Shown here piece by piece: positions 37,301 to 50,400 of a stretch of DNA of 64,000 nt. The position numbers were made by a program, and so were the translations under genes. The DNA lies in assembly GCA_964057225.1 (NCBI GenBank), contig OZ059895.1, positions 3,410,001-3,474,000 of the forward strand, written 5' to 3'. A model generated the notes under the pieces. The model was not told where the DNA came from and made no database searches. It saw only the letters and a program-made list of their open reading frames with translations. Source of the stretch: Auanema rhodensis. Lineage: Eukaryota; Animalia; Nematoda. Position 1 is the first letter of the stretch; each line of letters begins with the position of its first letter.

Positions 37301-39970
37301 TGCTGCGTATATTTTATGGGTGTACAAACAACAAGGTTCTTAATCAAAGTTTAGAAAACAAACTGAGTGAAAGTTGAAAAAATCTGAATTAAAATCTTTC
37401 CAACATAGTGTTCAACATATGATATATTACTATCTTTACAAGATAGATACAAAAAAATTGGAATCTGATCACATGTTCTGATGCTTTGAAGGGCATGTTT
37501 TACTAGCCTACGTAGGAAAACATCCGTTCAAGCAACAGAACTTGGGAAGATCCATGTCTGATTAGACGGTCAGTTCATTATTTAAGGGTAACCTGTGCTG
37601 CGTATATTTTATGGGTGTACAAAAATCAAAGTTTATTACTATCTTTACAAAATAGATACAAAAAAATTGGAATGTGATCACATGTTCTGATGTTTTGAAG
37701 GTCATGTTTTACTAGCCTACGTAGGAAAACATCCGTTCAAGCAACAGAACTTGGAAAGATCCATGTCTGATTAGTCGGTCAGTTCATTATTTAAGGGTAA
37801 CCTGTGCTGCGTATAATTTATGGGTGTACAAAAATCAAAGTTTATTACTATCTTTACAAGATAGATACAAAAAAATTGGAATGTGATCACATGTTCTGAT
37901 GCTTTGAAGGGCATGTTTTACTAGCCTACGTAGGAAAACATCCGTTCAAGCAACAGAACTTGGGAAGATCCATGTCTGATTAGTCGGTCAGTTCATTATT
38001 CAAGGGTAACCTGTGCTGCGTATAATTTATGGGTGTACAAAAATCAAAGTTCTTAATCAAAGTTTAAAAAACAAACTGAATAAAAGTTAGAAAATCTGAA
38101 TTAAAATCTTTCCAACATAGTGTTCAACATATGATATATTACTATCTTTACAAGATAGATACAAAAAAATTGCAATGTGATCACATGTTCTGATGCTTTG
38201 AAGGGCATGTTTTAGTAGCCTACGTAGGAAAACATCCATTCAAGCAACAGAACTTGGGAAGATCCATGTCTGATTAGACGGTCAGTTCATTATTTAAGGG
38301 TAACCTGTGCTGCGTATATTTTATGGGTGTACAAACAACAAGGTTCTTAATCAAAGTTTAGAAAACAAACTGAGTGAAAGTTTAAAAAATCTGAATTAAA
38401 ATCTTTCCAACATAGTGTTCAACATATGATATATTACTATCTTTACAAGATAGATACAAAAAAATTGGAATCTGATCACATGTTCTGATGCTTTGAAGGG
38501 CATGTTTTACTAGCCTACGTAGGAAAACATCCGTTCAAGCAACAGAACTTGGGAAGATCCATGTCTGATTAGACGGTCAGTTCATTATTTAAGGGTAACC
38601 TGTGCTGCGTATATTTTATGGGTGTACAAACAACAAGGTTCTTAATCAAAGTTTAGAAAACAAACTGAGTGAAAGTTGAAAAAATCTGAATTAAAATCTT
38701 TCCAACATAGTGTTCAACATATGATATATTACTATCTTTACAAGATAGATACAAAAAAATTGGAATGTGGTCACATGTTCTGATGCTTTGAAGGGCATGT
38801 TTTACTAGCCTACGTAGGAAAACATCCGTTCAAGCAACAGAACTTGGAAAGATCCATGTCTGATTAGTCGGTCAGTTCATTATTTAAGGGTAACCTGTGC
38901 TGCGTATAATTTATGGGTGTACAAAAATCAAAGTTTATTACTATCTTTACAAGATAGATACAAAAAAATTGGAATGTGATCACATGTTCTGATGCTTTGA
39001 AGGGCATGTTTTACTAGCCTACGTAGGAAAACATCCATTCAAGCAACAGAACTAGGAAAGATCCATGTCTGATTAGTCGGTCAGTTCATTATTTAAGGGT
39101 AACCTGTGCTGCGTATAATTTATGGGTGTACAAAAATCAAAGTTTATTACTATCTTTACAAGATAGATACAAAAAAATTGGAATGTGATCACATGTTCTG
39201 ATGCTTTGAAGGGCATGTTTTACTAGCCTACGTAGGAAAACATCCGTTCAAGCAACAGAACTTGGGAAGATCCATGTCTGATTAGACGGTCAGTTCATTA
39301 TTTAAGGGTAACCTGTGCTGCGTATATTTTATGGGTGTACAAACAACAAGGTTCTTAATCAAAGTTTAGAAAACAAACTGAGTGAAAGTTGAAAAAATCT
39401 GAATTAAAATCTTTCCAACATAGTGTTCAACATATGATATATTACTATCTTTACAAGATAGATACAAAAAAATTGGAATCTGATCACATGTTCTGATGCT
39501 TTGAAGGGCATGTTTTACTAGCCTACGTAGGAAAACATCCGTTCAAGCAACAGAACTTGGGAAGATCCATGTCTGATTAGACGGTCAGTTCATTATTTAA
39601 GGGTAACCTGTGCTGCGTATATTTTATGGGTGTACAAAAATCAAAGTTTATTACTATCTTTACAAAATAGATACAAAAAAATTGGAATGTGATCACATGT
39701 TCTGATGTTTTGAAGGGCATGTTTTACTAGCCTACGTAGGAAAACATCCGTTCAAGCAACAGAACTTGGAAAGATCCATGTCTGATTAGTCGGTCAGTTC
39801 ATTATTTAAGGGTAACCTGTGCTGCGTATAATTTATGGGTGTACAAAAATCAAAGTTTATTACTATCTTTACAAGATAGATACAAAAAAATTGGAATGTG
39901 ATCACATGTTCTGATGCTTTGAAGGGCATGTTTTACTAGCCTACGTAGGAAAACATCCGTTCAAGCAACA
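33543..39970 (+). repeat. 9-monomer HOR, 2309 bp x2, plus a third copy missing two monomers
   Basis: Units start at 33543, 35852 and 38161. CTGCTTAG at 34451/36760, and GAAGGTCATG and TTATTCAAGG recur at +2309. 3x295+2x294+4x209=2309. Confidence 0.9.
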
Positions 39971-42900
39971 GAACTTGGGAAGATCCATGTCTGATTAGTC
40001 GGTCAGTTCATTAATTAAGGGTAACCTGTGCTGCGTATAATTTATGGGTGTACAAAAATCAAAGTTCTTAATCAAAGTTTAGAAAAACAAACTGAGTGAA
40101 AGTTGAAAAAATCTGAATTAAAATCTTTCCAACATAGTGTTCAACATATGATATATTACTATCTTTACAAGATAGATACAAAAAAATTGGAATGTGATCA
40201 CATGTTCTGATGCTTTGAAGGGCATGTTTTACTAGCCTACGTAGGAAAACATCCGTTCAAGCAACAGAACTTGGGAAGATCCATGTCTGATTAGTCGGTC
40301 AGTTCATTAATTAAGGGTAACCTGTGCTGCGTATATTTTATGGGTGTACAAACAACAAGGTTCTTAATCAAAGTTTAGAAAAACAAACTGAGTGAAAGTT
40401 GAAAAAATCTGAATTAAAATCTTTCCAACATAGTGTTCAACATATGATATATTACTATCTTTACAAGATAGATACAAAAAAATTGGAATGTGGTCACATG
40501 TTCTGATGCTTTGAAGGGCATGTTTTACTAGCCTACGTAGGAAAACATCCGTTCAAGCAACAGAACTTGGAAAGATCCATGTCTGATTAGTCGGTCAGTT
40601 CATTAATTAAGGGTAACCTGTGCTGCGTATAATTTATGGGTGTACAAAAATCAAAGTTCTTAATCAAAGTTTAAAAAACAAACTGAATAAAAGTTCGAAA
40701 ATCTGAATTAAAATCTTTCCAACATAGTGTTCAACATATGATATATTACTATCTTTACAAGATAGATACAAAAAAATTGGAATGTGATCACATGTTCTGA
40801 TGCTTTGAAGGGCATGTTTTACTAGCCTACGTAGGAAAACATCCATTCAAGCAACAGAACTAGGAAAGATCCATGTCTGATTAGTCGGTCAGTTCATTAT
40901 TTAAGGGTAACCTGTGCTGCGTATAATTTATGGGTGTACAAAAATCAAAGTTTATTACTATCCTTACAAGATAGATACAAAAAAATTGGAATGTGATCAC
41001 ATGTTCTGATGCTTTGAAGGGCATGTTTTACTAGCCTACGTAGGAAAACATCCATTCAAGCAACAGAACTAGGAAAGATCCATGTCTGATTAGTCGGTCA
41101 GTTCATTATTTAAGGGTAACCTGTGCTGCGTATAATTTATGGGTGTACAAAAATCAAAGTTCTTAATCAAAGTTTAAAAAACAAACTGAATAAAAGTTAG
41201 AAAATCTGAATTAAAATCTTTCCAACATAGTGTTCAACATATGATATATTACTATCTTTACAAGATAGATACAAAAAAATTGGAATGTGATCACATGTTC
41301 TGATGCTTTGAAGGGCATGTTTTACTAGCCTACGTAGGAAAACATCCGTTCAAGCAACAGAACTTGGAAAGATCCATGTCTGATTAGTCGGTCAGTTGAT
41401 TAATTAAGGGTAACCTGTGCTGCGTATAATTTATGGGTGTACAAAAATCAAAGTTCTTAATCAAAGTTTAAAAAACAAACTGAATAAAAGTTCGTAAATC
41501 TGAATTAAAATCTTTCCAACATAGTGTTCAACATATGATATATTACTATCTTTACAAGATAGATACAAAAAAATTGGAATGTGATCACATGTTCTGATGC
41601 TTTGAAGGGCATGTTTTACTAGCCTACGTAGGAAAACATCCATTCAAGCAACAGAACTAGGAAAGATCCATGTCTGATTAGTCGGTCAGTTCATTATTTA
41701 AGGGTAACCTGTGCTGCGTATAATTTATGGGTGTACAAACAACAAGGTTCTTAATCAAAGTTTAGAAAACAAACTGAGTGAAAGTTGAAAAAATCTGAAT
41801 TAAAATCTTTCCAACATTGTGTTCAACATATGATATATTACTATCTTTACAAGATAGATACAAAAAAATTGGAATGTGGTCACATGTTCTGATGCTTTGA
41901 AGGGCAAGTTTTACTAGCCTACGTAGGAAAACATCCGTTCAAGCAACAGAACTTGGAAAGATCCATGTCTGATTAGTCGGTCAGTTCATTATTTAAGGGT
42001 AACCTGTGCTGCGTATAATTTATGGGTGTACAAAAATCAAAGTTTATTACTATATTTAAAAGATAGATACAAAAAAATTGGAATGTGATCACATGTTCTG
42101 ATGCTTTGAAGGGCATGTTTTACTAGCCTACGTAGGAAAACATCCATTCAAGCAACAGAACTTGGGAAGATCCATGTCTGATTAGTCGGTCAGTTCATTA
42201 TTTAAGGGTAACCTGTGCTGCGTATATTTTATGGGTGTACAAACAACAAGGTTCTTAATCAAAGTTTAGAAAACAAACTGAGTGAAAGTTGAAAAAATCT
42301 GAATTAAAATCTTTCCAACATAGTGTTCAACATATGATTTATTACTATCTTTACAAGATAGATACAAAAAAATTGGAATGTGGTCACATGTTCTGATGCT
42401 TTGAAGGGCATGTTTTACTAGCCTACGTAGGAAAACATCCGTTCAAGCAACAGAACTTGGAAAGATCCATGTCTGATTAGTCGGTCAGTTCATTAATTAA
42501 GGGTAACCTGTGCTGCGTATAATTTATGGGTGTACAAAAATCAAAGTTCTTAATCAAAGTTTAAAAAACAAACTGAATAAAAGTTAGAAAATCTGAATTA
42601 AAATCTTTCCAACATAGTGTTCAACATATGATATATTACTATCTTTACAAGATAGATACAAAAAAATTGGAATGTGATCACATGTTCTGATGCTTTGAAG
42701 GGCATGTTTTACTAGCCTACGTAGGAAAACATCCATTCAAGCAACAGAACTTGGGAAGATCCATGTCTGATTAGTCGGTCAGTTCATTATTTAAGGGTAA
42801 CCTGTGCTGCGTATAATTTATGGGTGTACAAAACTCAAGGTTCTTAATCAAAGTTTAGAAAACAAACTGAGTGAAAGTTGAAAAAATCTGAATTAAAATC

Positions 42901-45900
42901 TTTCCAACATAGTGTTCAACATATGATTTATTACTATCTTTACAAGATAGATACAAAAAAATTGGAATGTGGTCACATGTTCTGATGCTTTGAAGGGCAT
43001 GTTTTACTAGCCTACGTAGGAAAACATCCGTTCAAGCAACAGAACTTGGAAAGATCCATGTCTGATTAGTCGGTCAGTTCATTAATTAAGGGTAACCTGT
43101 GCTGCGTATAATTTATGGGTGTACAAAAATCAAAGTTCTTAATCAAAGTTTAAAAAACAAACTGAATAAAAGTTAGAAAATCTGAATTAAAATCTTTCCA
43201 ACATAGTGTTCAACATATGATATATTACTATCTTTACAAGATAGATACAAAAAAATTGGAATGTGATCACATGTTCTGATGCTTTGAAGGGCATGTTTTA
43301 CTAGCCTACGTAGGAAAACATCCATTCAAGCAACAGAACTTGGGAAGATCCATGTCTGATTAGTCGGTCAGTTAATTATTTAAGGGTAACCTGTGCTGCG
43401 TATAATTTATGGGTGTACAAAACTCAAGGTTCTTAATCAAAGTTTAGAAAACAAACTGAGTGAAAGTTGAAAAAATCTGAATTAAAATCTTTCCAACATA
43501 GTGTTCAACATATGATATATTACTATCTTTACAAGATAGATACAAAAAAAATTGGAATGTGGTCACATGTTCTGATGCTTTGAAGGGCATGTTTTACTAG
43601 CCTACGTAGGAAAACATCCGTTCAAGCAACAGAACTTGGAAAGATCCATGTCTGATTAGTCGGTCAGTTCATTAATTAAGGGTAACCTGTGCTGCGTATA
43701 ATTTATGGGTGTACAAAAATCAAAGTTTATTACTATCTTTAAAAGATAGATACAAAAAAATTGGAATGTGATCACATGTTCTGATGCTTTGAAGGGCATG
43801 TTTTACTAGCCTACGTAGGAAAACATCCATTCAAGCAACAGAACTTGGGAAGATCCATGTCTGATTAGTCGGTCAGTTCATTATTTAAGGGTAACCTGTG
43901 CTGCGTATATTTTATGGGTCTACAAACAACAAGGTTCTTAATCAAAGTTTAGAAAACAAACTGAGTGAAAGTTGAAAAAATCTGAATTAAAATCTTTCCA
44001 ACATAGTGTTCAACATATGATATATTACTATCTTTACAAGATAGATACAAAAAAATTGGAATGTGGTCACATGTTCTGATGCTTTGAAGGGCATGTTTTA
44101 CTAGCCTACGTAGGAAAACATCCGTTCAAGCAACAGAACTTGGAAAGATCCATGTCTTATTAGTCGGTCAGTTCATTATTTAAGGGTAACCTGTGCTGCG
44201 TATAATTTATGGGTGTACAAAAATCAAAGTTCTTAATCAAAGTTTAAAAAACAAACTGAATAAAAGTTCGAAAATCTGAATTAAAATCTTTCCAACATAG
44301 TGTTCAACATATGATATATTACTATCTTTACAAGATAGATACAAAAAAATTGGAATGTGGTCACATGTTCTGATGCTTTGAAGGGCATGTTTCACTAGCC
44401 TACGTAGGAAAACATCCGTTCAAGCAACAGAACTTGGAAAGATCCATGTCTGATTAGTCGGTCAGTTCATTATTTAAGGGTAACCTGTGCTGCGTATAAT
44501 TTATGGGTGTACAAAAATCAAAGTTTATTACTATCTTTAAAAGATAGATACAAAAAAATTGGAATGTGATCACATGTTCTGATGCTTTGAAGGGCATGTT
44601 TTACTAGCCTTCGTAGGAAAACATCCATTCAAGCAACAGAACTTGGGAAGATCCATGTCTGATTAGTCGGTCAGTTCATTATTTAAGGGTAACCTGTGCT
44701 GCGTATATTTTATGGGTGTACAAACAACAAGGTTCTTAATCAAAGTTTAGAAAACAAACTGAGTGAAAGTTGAAAAAATCTGAATTAAAATCTTTCCAAC
44801 ATAGTGTTCAACATATGATATATTACTATCTTTACAAGATAGATACAAAAAAATTGGAATGTGGTCACATGTTCTGATGCTTTGAAGGGCATGTTTTACT
44901 AGCCTACGTAGGAAAACATCCGTTCAAGCAACAGAACTTGGGAAGATCCATGTCTGATTAGTCGGTCAGTTCATTATATAAGGGTAACCTGTGCTGCGTA
45001 TATTTTATGGGTGTACAAACAACAAGGTTCTTATTCAAAGTTTAGAAAACAAACTGAGTGAAAGTTGAAAAAATCTGAATTAAAATCTTTCCAACATAGT
45101 GTTCAACATATGATATATTACTATCTTTACAAGATAGATACAAAAAAATTGGAATGTGGTCACATGTTCTGATGCTTTGAAGGGCATGTTTTACTAGCCT
45201 ACGTAGGAAAACATCCGTTCAAGCAACAGAACTTGGAAAGATCCATGTCTGATTAGTCGGTCAGTTCATTATTTAAGGGTAACCTGTGCTGCGTATAATT
45301 TATGGGTGTACAAACAACAAGGTTCTTAATCAAAGTTTAGAAAACAAACTGAGTGAAAGTTGAAAAAATCTGAATTAAAATCTTTCCAACATAGTGTTCA
45401 ACATATGATATATTACTATCTTTACAAGATAGATACAAAAAAATTGGAATGTGGTCACATGTTCTGATGCTTTGAAGGGCATGTTTTACTAGCCTACGTA
45501 GGAAAACATCCGTTCAAGCAACAGAACTTGGAAAGATCCATGTCTGATTAGTCGGTCAGTTCATTAATTAAGGGTAACCTGTGCTGCGTATATTTTATGG
45601 GTGTACAAAAATCAAAGTTTATTACTATCTTTAAAAGATAGATACAAAAAAATTGGAATGTGATCACATGTTCTGATGCTTTGAAGGGCATGTTTTACTA
45701 GCCTTCGTAGGAAAACATCCATTCAAGCAACAGAACTTGGGAAGATCCATGTCTGATTAGTCGGTCAGTTCATTATTTAAGGGTAACCTGTGCTGCGTAT
45801 ATTTTATGGGTGTACAAACAACAAGGTTCTTAATCAAAGTTTAGAAAACAAACTGAGTGAAAGTTGAAAAAATCTGAATTAAAATCTTTCCAACATAGTG

Positions 45901-47479
45901 TTCAACATATGATATATTACTATCTTTACAAGATAGATACAAAAAAATTGGAATGTGGTCACATGTTCTGATGCTTTGAAGGGCATGTTTTACTAGCCTA
46001 CGTAGGAAAACATCCGTTCAAGCAACAGAACTTGGAAAGATCCATGTCTGATTAGTCGGTCAGTTCATTAATTAAGGGTAACCTGTGCTGCGTATAATTT
46101 ATGGGTGCACAAAAATCAAAGTTCTTAATCAAAGTTTAAAAAACAAACTGAATAAAAGTTCGAAAATCTGAATTAAAATCTTTCCAACATAGTGTTCAAC
46201 ATATGATATATTACTATCTTTACAAGATAGATACAAAAAAATTGGAATGTGATCACATGTTCTGATGCTTTGAAGGGCATGTTTTACTAGCCTACGTAGG
46301 AAAACATCCATTCAAGCAACAGAACTAGGAAAGATCCATGTCTGATTAGTCGGTCAGTTCATTATTTAAGGGTAACCTGTGCTGCGTATAATTTATGGGT
46401 GTACAAAAATCAAAGTTTATTACTATCTTTACAAGATAGATACAAAAAAATTGGAATGTGATCACATGTTCTGATGCTTTGAAGGGCATGTTTTACTAGC
46501 CTACGTAGGAAAACATCCATTCAAGCAACAGAACTAGGAAAGATCCATGTCTGATTAGTCGGTCAGTTCATTATTTAAGGGTAACCTGTGCTCCGTATAA
46601 TTTATGGGTGTACAAAAATCAAAGTTCTTAATCAAAGTTTAAAAAACAAACTGAATAAAAGTTAGAAAATCTGAATTAAAATCTTTCCAACATAGTGTTC
46701 AACATATGATATATTACTATCTTTACAAGATAGATACAAAAAAATTGGAATGTGATCACATGTTCTGATGCTTTGAAGGGCATGTTTTACTAGCCTACGT
46801 AGGAAAACATCCGTTCAAGCAACAGAACTTGGAAAGATCCATGTCTGATTAGTCGGTCAGTTCATTAATTAAGGGTAACCTGTGCTGCGTATAATTTATG
46901 GGTGTACAAAAATCAAAGTTCTTAATCAAAGTTTAAAAAACAAACTGAATAAAAGTTCGTAAATCTGAATTAAAATCTTTCCAACATAGTGTTCAACATA
47001 TGATATATTACTATCTTTACAAGATAGATACAAAAAAATTGGAATGTGATCACATGTTCTGATGCTTTGAAGGGCATGTTTTACTAGCCTACGTAGGAAA
47101 ACATCCATTCAAGCAACAGAACTAGGAAAGATCCATGTCTGATTAGTCGGTCAGTTCATTATTTAAGGGTAACCTGTGCTGCGTATAATTTATGGGTGTA
47201 CAAAAGTCAAAGTTTATTACTATCTTTACAAGATAGATTTCAAAAAAATTGGAATGTGATCACATGTTCTGATGCTTTGAAGGGCATGTTTTACTAGCCT
47301 ACGTAGGAAAACATCCATTCAAGCAACAGAACTAGGAAAGATCCATGTCTGATTAGTCGGTCAGTTCATTATTTAAGGGTAACCTGTGCTGCGTATAATT
47401 TATGGGTGTACAAAAATCAAAGTTTATTACTATCTTTACAAGATAGATACAAAAAAATTGGAATGTGGTCACATGTTCT

Positions 47480-50400
47480 GATGCTTTGAAGGGCATGTTT
47501 TACTAGCCTACGTAGGAAAACATCCGTTCAAGCAACAGAACTTGGAAAGATCCATGTCTGATTAGTCGGTCAGTTCATTAATTAAGGGTAACCTGTGCTG
47601 CGTATAATTTATGGGTGTACAAAAATCAAAGTTCTTAATCAAAGTTTAAAAAACAAACTGAATAAAAGTTCGTAAATCTGAATTAAAATCTTTCCAACAT
47701 AGTGTTCAACATATGATATATTACTATCTTTACAAGATAGATACAAAAAAATTGGAATGTGATCACATGTTCTGATGCTTTGAAGGGCATGTTTTACTAG
47801 CCTACGTAGGAAAACATCCATTCAAGCAACAGAACTAGGAAAGATCCATGTCTGATTAGTCGGTCAGTTCATTATTTAAGGGTAACCTGTGCTGCGTATA
47901 ATTTATGGGTGTACAAAAATCAAAGTTTATTACTATCTTTACAAGATAGATACAAAAAAATTGGAATGTGATCACATGTTCTGATGCTTTGAAGGGCATG
48001 TTTTACTAGCCTACGTAGGAAAACATCCATTCAAGCAACAGAACTAGGAAAGATCCATGTCTGATTAGTCGGTCAGTTCATTATTTAAGGGTAACCTGTG
48101 CTCCGTATAATTTATGGGTGTACAAAAATCAAAGTTCTTAATCAAAGTTTAAAAAACAAACTGAATAAAAGTTAGAAAATCTGAATTAAAATCTTTCCAA
48201 CATAGTGTTCAACATATGATATATTACTATCTTTACAAGATAGATACAAAAAAATTGGAATGTGATCACATGTTCTGATGCTTTGAAGGGCATGTTTTAC
48301 TAGCCTACGTAGGAAAACATCCGTTCAAGCAACAGAACTTGGAAAGATCCATGTCTGATTAGTCGGTCAGTTCATTAATTAAGGGTAACCTGTGCTGCGT
48401 ATAATTTATGGGTGTACAAAAATCAAAGTTCTTAATCAAAGTTTAAAAAACAAACTGAATAAAAGTTCGTAAATCTGAATTAAAATCTTTCCAACATAGT
48501 GTTCAACATATGATATATTACTATCTTTACAAGATAGATACAAAAAAATTGGAATGTGATCACATGTTCTGATGCTTTGAAGGGCATGTTTTACTAGCCT
48601 ACGTAGGAAAACATCCATTCAAGCAACAGAACTAGGAAAGATCCATGTCTGATTAGTCGGTCAGTTCATTATTTAAGGGTAACCTGTGCTGCGTATAATT
48701 TATGGGTGTACAAAAGTCAAAGTTTATTACTATCTTTACAAGATAGATTTCAAAAAAATTGGAATGTGATCACATGTTCTGATGCTTTGAAGGGCATGTT
48801 TTACTAGCCTACGTAGGAAAACATCCATTCAAGCAACAGAACTAGGAAAGATCCATGTCTGATTAGTCGGTCAGTTCATTATTTAAGGGTAACCTGTGCT
48901 GCGTATAATTTATGGGTGTACAAAAATCAAAGTTTATTACTATCTTTACAAGATAGATACAAAAAAATTGGAATGTGATCACATGTTCTGATGCTTTGAA
49001 GGGCATGTTTTACTAGCCTACGTAGGAAAACATCCGTTCAAGCAACAGAACTTGAAAGATCCATGTCTGATTAGTCGGTCAGTTCATTAATTAAGGGTAA
49101 CCTGTGCTGCGTATAATTTATGGGTGTACAAAAATCAAAGTTCTTAATCAAAGTTTAAAAAACAAACTGAATAAAAGTTCGTAAATCTGAATTAAAATCT
49201 TTCCAACATAGTGTTCAACATATGATATATTACTATCTTTACAAGATAGATACAAAAAAATTGGAATGTGATCACATGTTCTGATGCTTTGAAGGGCATG
49301 TTTTACTAGCCTACGTAGGAAAACATCCATTCAAGCAACAGAACTAGGAAAGATCCATGTCTGATTAGTCGGTCAGTTCATTATTTAAGGGTAACCTGTG
49401 CTGCGTATAATTTATGGGTGTACAAAAATCAAAGTTTATTACTATCTTTACAAGATAGATTTCAAAAAAATTGGAATGTGATCACATGTTCTGATGCTTT
49501 GAAGGGCATGTTTTACTAGCCTACGTAGGAAAACATCCATTCAAGCAACAGAACTAGGAAAGATCCATGTCTGATTAGTCGGTCAGTTCATTATTTAAGG
49601 GTAACCTGTGCTGCGTATAATTTATGGGTGTACAAAAATCAAAGTTTATTACTATCTTTACAAGATAGATTTCAAAAAAATTGGAATGTGATCACATGTT
49701 CTGATGCTTTGAAGGGCATGTTTTACTAGCCTACGTAGGAAAACATCTATTCAAGCAACAGAACTAGGAAAGATCCATGTCTGATTAGTCGGTCAGTTCA
49801 TTATTTAAGGGTAACCTGTGCTGCGTATAATTTATGGGTGTACAAAAATCAAAGTTCTTAATCAAAGTTTAAAAAACAAACTGAATAAAAGTTAGAAAAT
49901 CTGAATTAAAATCTTTCCAACATAGTGTTCAACATATGATATATTACTATCTTTACAAGATAGATACAAAAAAATTGGAATGTGATCACATGTTCTGATG
50001 CTTTGAAGGGCATGTTTTACTAGCCTACGTAGGAAAACATCCATTCAAGCAACAGAACTTGGGAAGATCCATGTCTGATTAGACGGTCAGTTCATTATTT
50101 AAGGGTAACCTGTGCTGCGTATATTTTATGGGTGTACAAACAACAAGGTTCTTAATCAAAGTTTAGAAAACAAACTGAGTGAAAGTTGAAAAAATCTGAA
50201 TTAAAATCTTTCCAACATAGTGTTCAACATATGATATATTACTATCTTTACAAGATAGATACAAAAAAATTGAAATGTGATCACATGGTCTGATGCTTTG
50301 AAGGGCATGTTTTACTAGCCTACGTAGGAAAACATCCGTTCAAGCAACAGAACTTGGAAAGATCCATGTCTGATTAGTCGGTCAGTTCATTAATTAAGGG

